Assembly (NCBI RefSeq): GCF_001194135.2
Contig: NC_068995.1
Location: forward strand, 35,657,380 to 35,721,379
Source: Octopus bimaculoides
Taxonomy: Eukaryota
Length of the DNA: 64,000 nt
Direction of reading: 5' to 3'
The translations under genes were made by a program, and so were the position numbers. The notes under the pieces are model-generated. The model saw nothing but the letters and a program-made list of their open reading frames with translations, was not told the origin of the DNA and made no database searches. Positions 38,605-50,739 of the stretch are shown here, in pieces (the first letter of the stretch is position 1; every line of letters starts with the position of its first letter).

Positions 38605-39189
38605 TCATTCACCAACACATTCCATCTCAAAGTCATGCTGTCTCGTCGTCCTTTTCTGTTGCTCCTACAGTGAATCTACTCCTCAGAGATAACCAGACTT
38701 GTACCATCTCAACTCAAGTACTTCCAACTTAGTTCTCTTCCTCCCTTCACCTACATTGAGACCATTCTGCCAGGTTCTGCACTAACCATTATGCCAGTTA
38801 TACCCACTAGATTGTTGACCCTCTGAAATTCGGTCTCTCTAAGTTTTTCGCTCAGTCACTGACAACAAATCAAGAGAAAGGTTAACAACAACAACAATCT
38901 CACCGACCTCGGTAGGCCTGGAGACCTCACCGCAAGATGAATCCAATAAAAATATTTTAAGAACCGATTAGTAACTGTTACTTCATCCCTTTCCCCATCA
39001 CCCTTGGAGTCACTGCAGAAAGATGCGAGGTCTTCCTTTCTAAATAATCTATATATTTGTTAATGTATGTAGTGAAGTAAATACTTAGGAGAGTATATAT
39101 GATCATGAGTTAAAAAGCAATGCGATTCGTTTAATTAGATAAAAAAAAATAAGGAACACAGTCTAATATATCGTACATCAAAATATAGT

Positions 39190-40335
39190 CATACATCATA
39201 GGTTCACATCCCTATTTCTCAACATAGACACCACTTCTTCCAATGACAGTGTTCCACCTACGAATAAGGGTATGTATCCCAGCATCGTAAAACTCAGCGG
39301 AATGCTGACGTAATCAATTTCTCACAGCAGTTTTCATTTCTACATCACCAACATAATGTTTGCCTCTCAGAGCCTCTTTTATTGAACTAAAGAGATAGGA
39401 GTCTAAGGGTGCTAAACTTGATGAGTTGGGTAGATACGACAGAGTAGTTTACCTGAAAGAGGTAACTGCCTCTCTTGTTTTAGGGCTTCAGTGATGCCTC
39501 TTTTTATAGTGTTGAAGAAGAACTTTATCTCCAAATTTGGTTTAACTCGGCGGATTCTTGCTCTAAGTTTTCTAAGGATCTCAATGCTTTAAAGTTGATT
39601 GTTTTTCTTCTTGCACGATTTTTCCGTCTGACTTTTCTGCCTTGAATCTTTTCGTCTTTGGATGCGTCAGAAGACGCTATTCCGTTGATTTTCTTTTTGA
39701 TTCTTGTTCAAATAATGAATCCAAATTTCACCACCAGTTATGGGCCTTTCAAAGAAACAGTGTAACAGTTAACCTTTTCAGCCCTGTATTCATTTGTCAG
39801 TTATTTTGTTACTCAGCGGACACATACTTTTGGATATTCAAGCGATCCAGTAATTCAAGCTCTTATACCAACTCAGTTTTAGTTATGGGCTTATCAGCTC
39901 TAACTAAAGCGTTTTCTTTTTTCCTTGATAGGGTTGGCAGAAGTTAAGGGCTGTCACTGCGAGGCATGCCTGGTAAGCTTGAATTTTCCAATTCTTTTTG
40001 GTCTATTGAATCCTCATTCAGACAGTGGGTCTATCCCTACACTATGCTGTCGTCTAAAGCTTTAGCTTTCTAAACATTTTTCAGTCTTTTGTGAATGTCT
40101 ACAGGAGATTCTCCTTCGGGAGCAAGAAACACAATTACTGCTCTTTGTTCTGGCGGACTTTCAGCGGTGCAGCCATTTTGGTATCATTTCATTTATTCAT
40201 ATATCTGAAAACAAAATTAGATAATTAATGATCAAGCGTATATATGCCGTTACATCTGTACCAAATATTGAATAATTCCATTGAAACTGCGCGTCTAATA
40301 AAAATTGCATTACTTTTTTACTTACCTTTGTATAT
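39190..40335 (-). mobile_element. Heavily decayed mariner
   Basis: The minus strand reads EQRAVIVFLAPEGESPVDIHKRLKNV near the 5' end and SSSLAPLDSYLFSSIKEALRGKHY..EFYDAGIH near the 3' end. Confidence 0.78.
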
Positions 40336-40689
40336 ATATATATATATATATACACTATACATATTGGAGGAAGGCAAGTTGAGCTTTGATGTACTGAGAG
40401 CATTAGCCAAGACGGTGTCTATATAAATTATTCGTTGGTAGAAGTATCATTGAAGATTACATTTTCGTATGCAAATACTTAGTCAACTCAACTTTGATAG
40501 CAAGAGAAGTTGAACTAAACACTGCAAAATTTTGATGAATTCATTAAATTTATAATGCTCCGATTGCTAACAGCATGTACAGGCAGTACTCAGCATAAAT
40601 GATGACCGGGTAATGTCATGCTGGACACAGTTTATAAGCAACCCTATGTACGGTGTATTTACGACGGAATTTTAAAGATTATATATATA

Positions 40690-40824
40690 CAGATCCTCCA
40701 CAGAACTCAGATCCAGCACTGAAAGCTAGGACGCTTCGCACACGAACACAACAATGTAAACAATGCAATGCTCTGCGAAGCATCGTAGTTTTCGATGCTG
40801 GTTCAGAGTTCTATGGAGGATCTG
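40690..40824. mobile_element. 135-bp hairpin MITE
   Basis: Arms of about 53 bp (CAGATCCTCCACAGAACTC / GAGTTCTATGGAGGATCTG), with TA on both flanks. Confidence 0.85.
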
Positions 40825-41343
40825 TAGAGATACACTTGAAAATGAGAACTGCTAACACAAAAGTAAGGCATAATATTGACTTGTAAGCCTTTAATATACT
40901 TAGTAGTATATCATGGTTGCAAAAGGAAATACTGTGTCTTTGCTAACAATTAATGCTACGGAACTGTTATCTAATAGGTCAATATCTGATCCATTTGGTC
41001 GCCAGGTTCTGTCAGGAATAAAAACATTTCAACTGAAGCGAGAGCCTATGTTTCTCTGTCTGTTTGGGGGTTATGTACTTAAAATGATGTCAAGTGGTTC
41101 TAAGTGGTGGTGTTTCATCACCATCGAAACCAAAATCTTCGAAGCCACCAGAAGAGAAAAATAAGAAATCAGATGATAGGAAAGTAAGGCTCGACAAAAT
41201 CAACCTCGTTTTCCGTCATAGACTCTTCCATGCAAGAATTAGTCTACATATTCATCAACGCTATCGCCGTAAAGGAAACATTCAGCAAAGAAAATTCTCG
41301 GATACGAGATAAAACCGACGACATGTACTTAGATATGTTGTAT

Positions 41344-41401
<58 letters not shown>

Positions 41402-41905
41402 NNNNNNNNNNGGTGGTGGTGGTGGTGGTGGTGGTAATCGCGTGGTGGTTGTTTTTGTTCTTGTCGGTGGTGTTGCTGTTTTGTTACTGTTGTTGTTCCA
41501 ACTGTTACAGCTGTGATCAGTCAGACCTATAATCAGACGTGTTTCAACACTAACCATCCTAACTTTTATTTTGAAAACTCTACAAGATTATTAATATACA
41601 ATGAGCACTTCCTTTTTAATGAAGACACAGTGTGATTTGAGATAATTTTGTTTACAATTTCAAGCAAATCGAAAGTGTGTGTGCATAGGAAATTCTATGT
41701 TTTAAGAACTAGATTAAAGCACATATCCATATGGCTATGTATAGATCAAATCTACGCATGTAAATCTATCTGTGTATGTATGAAGCATATATAAATGTAT
41801 ACTCACATTTTGCAATGTTTGTCCATACACACTGCTGCTTACATTTAGATAAACATTCGATGTAGATTAACTGTGTGACGATTTCATTCAGGGAGAGTGA
41901 GTGTG

Positions 41906-41962
<57 letters not shown>

Positions 41963-42155
41963 CTGTGGGTGTATGGTTGTAGGTCCCTGTATTAGTCCGT
42001 GGTCATCTAACGGTGTGGTGACACGCTTAGTCAGAAAGCACTGAAAACGGAAATGGCGATAATTATTGACCGGAAACATAGTTACCGATAGTAGAGGAAA
42101 ACTAGATTTACACATTTATGTGTATGTGTGTGCATATGTATATGGTTATATATAT

Positions 42156-42208
<53 letters not shown>

Positions 42209-42874
42209 ATACACACACACACGCACACACATATATATGCATGTACATATTTATGTGTGTATTAATTTGAAGATAGATAGAAAAATAGATAAACAGAGAG
42301 ATGGATGGAAAATTGAGATAGACACATGCTTATATGTATGTGTGTGTATGTATAAATATATATATGTTTGTATGAATATATGTGTGTGGTGTATGTATGT
42401 ATGTATCTATCTATCTATGTATACACACTCCTAAACCAAAAATGGCGCGTTTAAGTGTAGTATTTGTTGGTGTTGTTTTTGTTAGGTTTGTTTTGCAATT
42501 AAATGGCTTATTTGCCCGGTAGAGCAGTACTTCATCCTCATATCCATAGAAGCTTTTGGCGGGAGGAAAATAATATTTTACACAATTGCTCGAAGAGTTC
42601 TATGAAGAAAAATTAAACCATAAAAATTTCGATATTTTTATCTTTCATCCTTATATGGCAATATCTTGGGTAAGACAGCGGTGATTCCGCCCACCTTTTC
42701 TGCTGTTTTAACGGAGATACTGCGTTCGACATATCACTGTCTTGTCCGTATCATACGATACACATTCGCTTCTAAAAAACAAATGTAAGTTTATACAGTT
42801 CTATAGTTAAGAGATGAGGAATTATTTACATTATTTACATTTGACGGATATTTGTCCTCATCTTGTTTGTTGTT

Positions 42875-42920
42875 AACACAACGTTTCGGTTGATAAACCC
42901 TCCAGCCTTCATCAGGTCTC
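42875..42920 (-). ncRNA. Minimal type I hammerhead motif, minus copy
   Basis: GAGAC-CTGATGA-A-GGCTG..CAACC-GAAA-CG-TT-GTGTT, with one mismatch in each of stems I and II. Confidence 0.65.
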
Positions 42921-43134
42921 TTGGAGAAATTTCGATCCTGGATTCTCATTCCTAAGGTATTTTCTGATGTTATTATTATTATCATTATTATTATTATTCA
43001 GGTCACTACCTGGAATCGAACTCGGAATCTTGGGGTTAGTAGCCCGCGCTCTTAACCACTACGCCATATGACGTAGTGGTTAAGAGCGCGAGCTACTAAC
43101 CCCAAGATTCCGAGTTCGATTCTAGGTAGTGACC

Positions 43135-43188
<54 letters not shown>

Positions 43189-43236
43189 TCAGAAAATGCC
43201 TTAGGAATGAGAACCCAGGTTCGAAATTTCCCCCAA

Positions 43237-43282
43237 GACACCTGATGAAGGCTGGAGGGTATATCAGCCGAAACATTGTGTT
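43237..43282 (+). ncRNA. Minimal type I hammerhead motif, plus copy
   Basis: GACAC-CTGATGA-A-GGCTG..CAGCC-GAAA-CA-TT-GTGTT. Stems I and II are intact; the stem III loop is CA instead of CG. Confidence 0.7.
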
Positions 43283-43491
43283 AACAAGATGAGGACAAAT
43301 ATCCATTAAATGTAAATAATGTAAACTGGGCCTATATATCGTTTTTCTATTTGCCTTGCATGGTTCTTGGTGAACGTGTATTGAAACACATTCTGTTGTC
43401 TCTCGAGAGGCCCCTTATGCCAAAAAGAAACATACGAATTAGATCAGTTTCACTTCTTTATGATTTCTTTATCGATCGGTGAACTACTTAC

Positions 43492-43555
43492 CCAATTAAC
43501 CAATCGATTTTTGATAAATCGTTCGGTCAGCATCCTTTCGTCAGCTTTCACGATC
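43492..43555 (-). CDS. Candidate 64-nt exon (IVKADERMLTERFIKNRLVNW)
   Basis: Donor TGG|GTAAGT, modest acceptor GATATTGATACAG, one open frame. Confidence 0.2.
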
Positions 43556-44453
43556 CTGTATCAATATCGTGCCCTTTCTAGTCCAAGTCTTCATCAGGTC
43601 TGACAGTCTCTTTCTTTGTTGATTTCTGCATTTACATTTATATGGCTGTGCATGAGAAGATACCTGAGAGAGGGAGGAAGAGATAGATAGAAAGAAAGAG
43701 CGTGTGTATGAATGCGCGTTCGTGCAAACGTGTGTGTATATGTGTGTGTATAGGGATTTGCGTAGAGTAGAAAAGTGGATCCTGTAAGTGTGTTAGAGAG
43801 ATCATGTGCTTATCTGCGCGCGTGCGTGTGTGTGTGTGTGTGCGCGTGCACGTTTGCGTGTGTGCATGTGTGCATATTTGCATGTATGAGAGTAGCGTGG
43901 TCCTTGTGAAAGATTGTCGATATTTAAAATGGCTCTATATTTCGTATGATGACTGCTAATGTTTTTTTAAAGTGGACTGTGTGAGGGAGAGGGCTCGATG
44001 CGTGCATGTTCGTTCGTATATAGTTCTGTGGATTTTACTTCTTTCGGTGATGTTACAGATTGAACTATTAAATGACTCTTCATGTGTTATGCTAATAACT
44101 TAAAGAAATAAGGAATATGAGTACTGGTGAATTTCACTTCGCCTACACACGCAAAGCATATAGTTTCGCACAGGCACAAGTAAATGTAAGTTTATTAATC
44201 TATCAATGTACGTTACCTGACACTCCAGTGTATCTTTATTACTTTAACACACGCATCAATCTATGTATGACAATCTGTGAATCTATATTTCATGTCTTTT
44301 CTTTTCCTTCTAGTGGTGGGGGGGGAGGAGAAGTTGACATGCGTTCCGCAGTATCCTATTTAGGTCGTATTTTTCATACAGGCAGGCGTATATTTGTATC
44401 GCTTGGAGTTTTCTCCCCTTTCTATTCTTTCTCTTTTTATTTTTTTGTGACAG

Positions 44454-44480
44454 GTGGTAGCAATGGTGCGATCTCTATAT
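44454..44480 (+). CDS. Candidate 27-nt exon (VVAMVRSLY or GGSNGAISI)
   Basis: Long pyrimidine tract ending TTTTTTGTGACAG, donor TAT|GTTAGT, frame-preserving length. Confidence 0.3.
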
Positions 44481-45366
44481 GTTAGTATTTCTTTAAAATT
44501 AAGTGACGGTTGCCATTTATTAGTGTGATCTCCCGTAGCTGTTGTAAAGATGCGTCAAATGAATGTATTGGAAAGTTCTTTATGCCTATGTTATTTAGCA
44601 TACCATCATGTTTATCCTAAGCATGTTGATAGAGTACCGACGTAGGATTCTTATCACAGTATTCTTTCCAATTGTTTCTCCATTCTTTCCGTTAGATTCC
44701 AAGCTTTCTTCCCAATATATGATGTGGTTTACCTTCCATACATTTTAATCAATAACCTACATTTTCCATTTTTACAGTTGATCCACACCTTTCAGAAAGT
44801 CCAAACCATACACATTACATGATCGCATGCACGCACGCACACGCACGCACACACACACACACACACACACATTCACACACGTTCACGCATGTTCTGTCTA
44901 ATGCACTTGTTCACAGGATCCATTACACCACATAAGCATGCGTCCGCACACAAACGCGCGCACACGCACGTACACGCACCCATTCTCTCTTTCTCTCCCA
45001 TTTCCTCTCACATACAAACTCATTCACAACTATACAGTAACATAAATATAGAACCTGCAAAGAGACAGGCAGAGAGTCCTGAAGCAGACCTGGAATATAA
45101 AAGACGTGGCACTGATGAGGTCGCGAATGCCTAGGAAAGGCTTTGACAAATCTAACTGACTGAATAATTGATCAAACGGTAAGTCAAGCGACCGAATAAT
45201 TAACTGGTTAAATATTTAACCAATTGACAAGTAAATGATAATGAAGTAGAATACAAATCAGTGCGTGCATTTATTATTGGTTTATTATTGGCATAATGAC
45301 TTTCCTAGATATATCGAAATAAGTATACATATATACATACACCTTCAATTACATCAATGTGTGTGT

Positions 45367-45600
45367 GTTATTTCTTTACTACCCACAAGGGGCTACACAC
45401 AGAGGGGACAAAGAAGGACAGACAAACGGGTTAAGTCGATTATATCGACCCCAGTGCGTAACTGGTACTTACTTAATCAACCCCGAAAGGATGAAAGGCA
45501 AAGTCGACCTCGGCGGAATTTGAACTCAGAACGTAGCGGTAGACGAAATACCGCTAAGCATTTCGCCCGGTGTGCTAACGTTTCTGCCAGCTCGCCGCCT
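45367..45600 (-). mobile_element. SINE family A young copy
   Basis: Near-identical to 15556-15787. Confidence 0.92.
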
Positions 45601-45745
45601 TAAAGGCTAAGAGTATTAAACAATGTGTGCGTGTGNNNNNNNNNNNNNNNNNNNNNNNNNNNNNNNNNNNNNNNNNNNNNNNNNNNNNNNNNNNNNNNNN
45701 NNNNNNNNNNNNNNNNNNNNNNNNNNNNNNNNNNNNNNNNNNNNN

Positions 45746-47029
45746 TGGTATCAAAAGTTCCACGATTAGTTATGCTTAATAAAAAATAATTTATTTACCT
45801 AAGTTTTAACTTCATCTCCTTCGAAATAGTTACCATGCGCAGCAATAAACCGGTCCCAGCGTTCCTGCTACTTTTGGAATCCAGCTTGGAATTCGTTTAC
45901 CATAAGCGAATCGAGCACCTTCTGCTGTTCGCTCTTGATCCTGATAACGGTGTTACAACAGTAACCTTTGAGCTGCGTTTTCATCTTGGGGAAGAGATGG
46001 AAGTCCGCAGGTGCTAAATCTGGTGCGGAAGCGAAACCATGTTGTTCTTGGCGAGAAACTCACAAGGGAGGAGAGCTCGGTGACAGGCTACATTGCCGTC
46101 GTGAAGAATTCAATTCTTCCCGCTACACAGATCTGGTTGCTTTAGCCGAATGTCCTCCCTCAAACGCTTCAAAACGTCGCAGTAGAACATTCGATCAACG
46201 GTCTGGTCCTGAGGGCCGAATTCTCGATTCACAATACCGCAGATGTCAAAAAGAAAACGATGAATTCCGGCTCTGTCGTGTTTTCTTCGGTCGCGGAGAG
46301 AAAGGGCTCTTCCATTGTCACAACTGTCGCTTCGTCTCAGCGTCGTGCCCGTAGTCGTAACTCTCGTCCCTGTTGACGATCCTCGACATGAAAGATGGGT
46401 CATCAGCAGATCACTGACGGAGATCTTGACAGACTTCGAGGTGACGTTCTTTCTGCTCAGTGGTCATCAGGCGGGAAACAAACTTTGCAAACACTCCGCA
46501 TGTTCAATTCAGACGTTAGGATTGCCTGCATAGACCCATACGACAGACAAACAACATCAGCAATGTCATTGATTGTCTTCTGATAATTGTCATGTACAAG
46601 CTGATGAATTTTTTCACATTTCCGAGGATGACGCTCGTGGAAGATCTTCCAGATCGCTCATAGTCTTCCAAGGAAGTCGTTCCGCTTTTGAAGCGCCCAT
46701 GCCACTCGAAACATTGTGTACAACTCATTGCCTCGCCGCCGTATGTTTACCGAAGCATGCTCAATATCTCTGTAGCAGACTTCCCAAGTGTAATGCAAAA
46801 TTTCACGTTGGCTCTTTGTTCCAACTTCCTGTACAGGACAAACTCACAGACTACAGCGTACACGTGATCACAAAATCACAAATTTCACAACTTGCAAAGT
46901 AAGAACAGTGACGTCACTCGACACTCCTCCTCATGGAGATCACTGCAATTTCTCACTGCGCACGCAACCGTGTGCTGCTAACTGTTGGCGCGTTACAGAA
47001 TTAGTCTGGGAACTTTTGATATCACTGCG
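45746..47029 (-). mobile_element. Near full-length decayed mariner (same family as 1545 and 54136)
   Basis: TIRs TGGTATCAAAAGTTCC and GGGAACTTTTGATATCACTGCG+TA. Transposase remnants QCFEWHGRFKSG, ERSGRSSTS and FDICGIVNREF..FYCDVLKRLREDIR. Confidence 0.92.
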
Positions 47030-47057
47030 TATATATGTATGTGTGTGTGTGCGTGTG

Positions 47058-47103
<46 letters not shown>

Positions 47104-47951
47104 NNNNNNNNNNNNNNNNNNNNNNNNNNNNNNNNNNNNNNNNNNNNNNNNNNNNNNNNNNNNNNNNNNNNNNNNNNNNNNNNNNNNNNNNNNNNNNNNN
47201 NNNNNNNNNNNNNNNNNNNNNNNNNNNNNNNNNNNNNNNNNNNNNNNNNNNNNNNNNNNNNNNNNNNNNNNNNNNNNNNNNNNNNNNNNNNNNNNNNNNN
47301 NNNNNNNNNNNNNNNNNNNNNNNNNNNNNNNNNNNNNNNNNNNNNNNNNNNNNNNNNNNNNNNNNNNNNNNNNNNNNNNNNNNNNNNNNNNNNNNNNNNN
47401 NNNNNNNNNNNNNNNNNNNNNNNNNNNNNNNNNNNNNNNNNNNNNNNNNNNNNNNNNNNNNNNNNNNNNNNNNNNNNNNNNNNNNNNNNNNNNNNNNNNN
47501 NNNNNNNNNNNNNNNNNNNNNNNNNNNNNNNNNNNNNNNNNNNNNNNNNNNNNNNNNNNNNNNNNNNNNNNNNNNNNNNNNNNNNNNNNNNNNNNNNNNN
47601 NNNNNNNNNNNNNNNNNNNNNNNNNNNNNNNNNNNNNNNNNNNNNNNNNNNNNNNNNNNNNNNNNNNNNNNNNNNNNNNNNNNNNNNNNNNNNNNNNNNN
47701 NNNNNNNNNNNNNNNNNNNNNNNNNNNNNNNNNNNNNNNNNNNNNNNNNNNNNNNNNNNNNNNNNNNNNNNNNNNNNNNNNNNNNNNNNNNNNNNNNGAT
47801 GAGCCTCTGTGTATGTACAATATAATTCAGTAAAACTCCCACCCAGTATTGAGTACTTTTCTCCAGTTCATCACCATTAACATTAATGAGTGTGTGTGCG
47901 TGAGTGCGTGCGTGCGTGCATATGTGTGTGTGTGTGTGCGTGCGTGCGTGC

Positions 47952-47996
<45 letters not shown>

Positions 47997-48837
47997 GGAG
48001 ATAGGCACAGTGGAGAAAGAAACCATAAGGCGTAGAAACAAAATCAAGATAAACTAGACATAAAAAAGACAAGTGTCACTGATTATCAGCTGTTGGTCTG
48101 TAGGTTATGGTGGTTTCATCACCTTGGGAAATATAGCGACATGAACCGAAATAGGAAGAGAGAGTTAACTTAGATAACAATCACTCGAATAGCAAAACAA
48201 CTAGAATACAAAATTTATACTCGAGCCATATTTCAGTGATACAAGACAATTCCAAGGTTCTAATTAAGTCATTTTTATGGTAAGAATTTTCTACCACTAT
48301 GTGGTAATGTCAGAGCATCAAAAGTAAACATTGCAATCAAAATACACGTAAAAAGCCAAATGCAGGAACAATCAGAGACAATCTTAGTTTATTCAAATAA
48401 GTTCAGATAAGCAAGACCAAATTTTATCGTGATTATTTTTCTACAAACGATACTTGACAAACAAGATGTTTAGTAATAGCTACGAAGATTGTAATAAAAG
48501 TAGACTCCTTCAATGAGAATGGTAGCCATATTGTAAATAATGGCAACGACAGGTTGAAGTTGGTGAGGCTGACAAGTATATTAATGACCACCAACAGTAA
48601 TAACAATAAAACAGTTGCAATAAGAGTAACAAAATCAATAATATAAACAATAGTTACAACGTGATGGTAGATACAAAACAAGGCTTGAAAAAACCAAAGC
48701 TTTCATTTCTTAGTCAGTTGTATTCAGCCAGACAAAGACGTGGGCCGTGTATACAGGCAACACGGTTGCATATAAAAAGAATATTTCTTTATATTTAATC
48801 GGAGGAAGTTACAGAGCGGCTCAAAGACCAAGAGTAT

Positions 48838-49051
48838 TCTTTTCTACTCTGGGCACAAGGTCCGAAATTTTGGGGTAGGGGGTCAGTCGATTAGATCGAT
48901 TCTAGGACGCAACTGGTACTTAATTTATCGACGCCGAAAGGATGAAACGCAAAGTCGACCTCGGTGGAATTTGAACTCAGGACGTAAGGACAGATGAAAT
49001 ACCGCTAAGCATTTTGCCCAGTGTGCTAACGTTTCTGCCAGCTCGCCGCCT
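48838..49051 (-). mobile_element. SINE family A copy with a probable 15-bp TSD
   Basis: AAGACCAAGAGTATT (48824-48838) and AAGGCCAAGAGTATT (49054-49068). Confidence 0.88.
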
Positions 49052-50040
49052 TGAAGGCCAAGAGTATTAAACGCACAAGTGAAGTTCCATAGGCTTTTTC
49101 AGAGAAAGGAGACAGCACAGAGCAATGGAGGTGGCCTATACAACGAAGAGAGAAAGTGTAATTTATTTTTCTGTTCAATGACGAAATTAGAGTCAATGAA
49201 GGAGCCTCTGTGAATTCATTCCTCCAAGTAGAAATAGCAGGTAAATTTATCATAACGGAAGGATAAGTTAGGTAAGGAAGTCATAGATATAAAAAAAAAA
49301 GACTGGAAATCTCATATCACAGTATGAGTAAGCAGAGTATAGACTGAGTATGGCAGTCTATACTCAGGCAACTCTGAGTATAGTAAAGTATGAGTCTAGT
49401 ATGAGGGATAATAAAAATACGAAGTAAAAAATGGAAAGTAAATACAATCGTAAAAGTGAAAGAAAAAGAAGACGTAATGCAATTACACTGTCATAAAAAA
49501 CATAGAATGTGTATAAACTATCTTAGAACAAGATATATTAATATGTGTTAGTGTGTGTGTGCGTGTGCGTGCCTGTGTGTATGCATGTATGTGTGTGTGT
49601 ATGTATGTTCCCAAATGCTTTCGCCTCTCCGAACTTCTCTTTTTTTAACGTTATACACTATAACAGCCATCTAGTTTTCATGCATATTATTCATCCGTGA
49701 GTACATCTTTAGTTTTTCAGTAACTGTAACAAATTTTCATCGTTCTGATCCAGTCATGCCCATCATTGTTTTTCTGGATTTCCAATGGTGTGTTTTGAGG
49801 TATATTTGACTACAGTTTCTCAAGGATCAAGGGACTAAAAGCGAATCATCATGCAAGTGCTGGCGATGCTTGTACTGGATACTCTAGAGATTCCCCTATC
49901 AATCTCACCAAGGCGAATTTACTTTTCGTCCTTTTCAGGTACATAAAATATGTGCCAGTTATGTAGTCCAGTCGATATGATTGCCTTCAATGAGCCTTTT
50001 CGAAAATGTTTCACTGTATACCTATATTATTAGTAAGATT

Positions 50041-50480
50041 AATCGTTAGCGCGCCAGACAAAATGCTTAGCGGTATTTTGCCCGTCGCTACGTTTGGAGT
50101 TCAAATTCCACCGAGGTTCTCTTTGCCTTTCGTCCTTTCGGGGCCGATAAAATAAATACTAGTTGAACACTGGGGCCAATGGAATCGACTCATCCCTTCC
50201 CCCCCCAAAAAAAAAAATTGCTACCCTTGTGGCAAAATTTGAATCCAATATTATTAGTAAGATTAAGGCGACAAGCTGACAGAATCGTTAGCACACCGGA
50301 CAAAATGCTTAGCAGCATTTTGTTCGTCTCTACGTTCTGACTTCAAATTCCGCCGAGGTTGACTTTGCGTTTCTTTCTTTCGGGATCGATAAAAATAGTA
50401 CAGGCTGAGCACTCGGGTCGATGTAATCGATTTATCTCCTGCCCTGAATTGCTAGCCTTATTCCAAAATTTGAAACCGAT
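50041..50480 (+). mobile_element. Two tandem SINE family A copies
   Basis: Each unit is preceded by ATATTATTAGTAAGATTAA. Confidence 0.88.
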
Positions 50481-50739
50481 ATTATTAATAGAAATAGAGA
50501 GAAGCTATTCATGCATATTTGAAATTATGTCAATATATTTTTGAAGTATGCTTTATCTTCCCATTATCTTTGGCAATGACATCATGAGGAAATATCAAAA
50601 GTCTCCTAGAATTTAAAAAACTAAAGGGTAGGTTTACAACATTTTTATCTTAATTGCCTGGTGTACAGTAAAGATCTGGTTATCTCATCCTCTCCTCTTT
50701 CTGGAGCCTGCATGCGCTTCCGTTGTAATCTTGACAGCA

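Larger units (their letters stand above)
42825..43325. mobile_element. Head-to-head palindrome of a tRNA-headed, hammerhead-containing SINE/retrozyme-like element
   Basis: The arms mirror around CATATG (43065-43070). Each arm has TAGTGGTTAAG, GAGTTCGATTC, (AAT)n, a CTGATGA...GAAA motif and a (TGTAAATAA)n tail. Confidence 0.9.

Noticed and set aside
40321-40335. Strong minus-strand donor AAAG|GTAAGT
   Set aside because: It is part of the mariner terminal inverted repeat.
43068-43135. tRNA gene call for the palindrome heads and other SINE heads
   Set aside because: The acceptor and anticodon stems are broken and the sequences continue into SINE bodies; no functional tRNA gene is supported.
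45107-45142. CTGATGA..GAAA (similar cases at 32679, 33969, 43590 minus, 51785 and 62699)
   Set aside because: Stem II, the spacing to GAAA or stem I cannot be formed properly; these are chance 7-mers.
49103-49240. Apparent 138-nt exon between TTTTTCAG and CAG|GTAAAT
   Set aside because: Careful translation hits a stop (..MKEPL*). Only a 50-nt sub-exon with a weak acceptor stays open.
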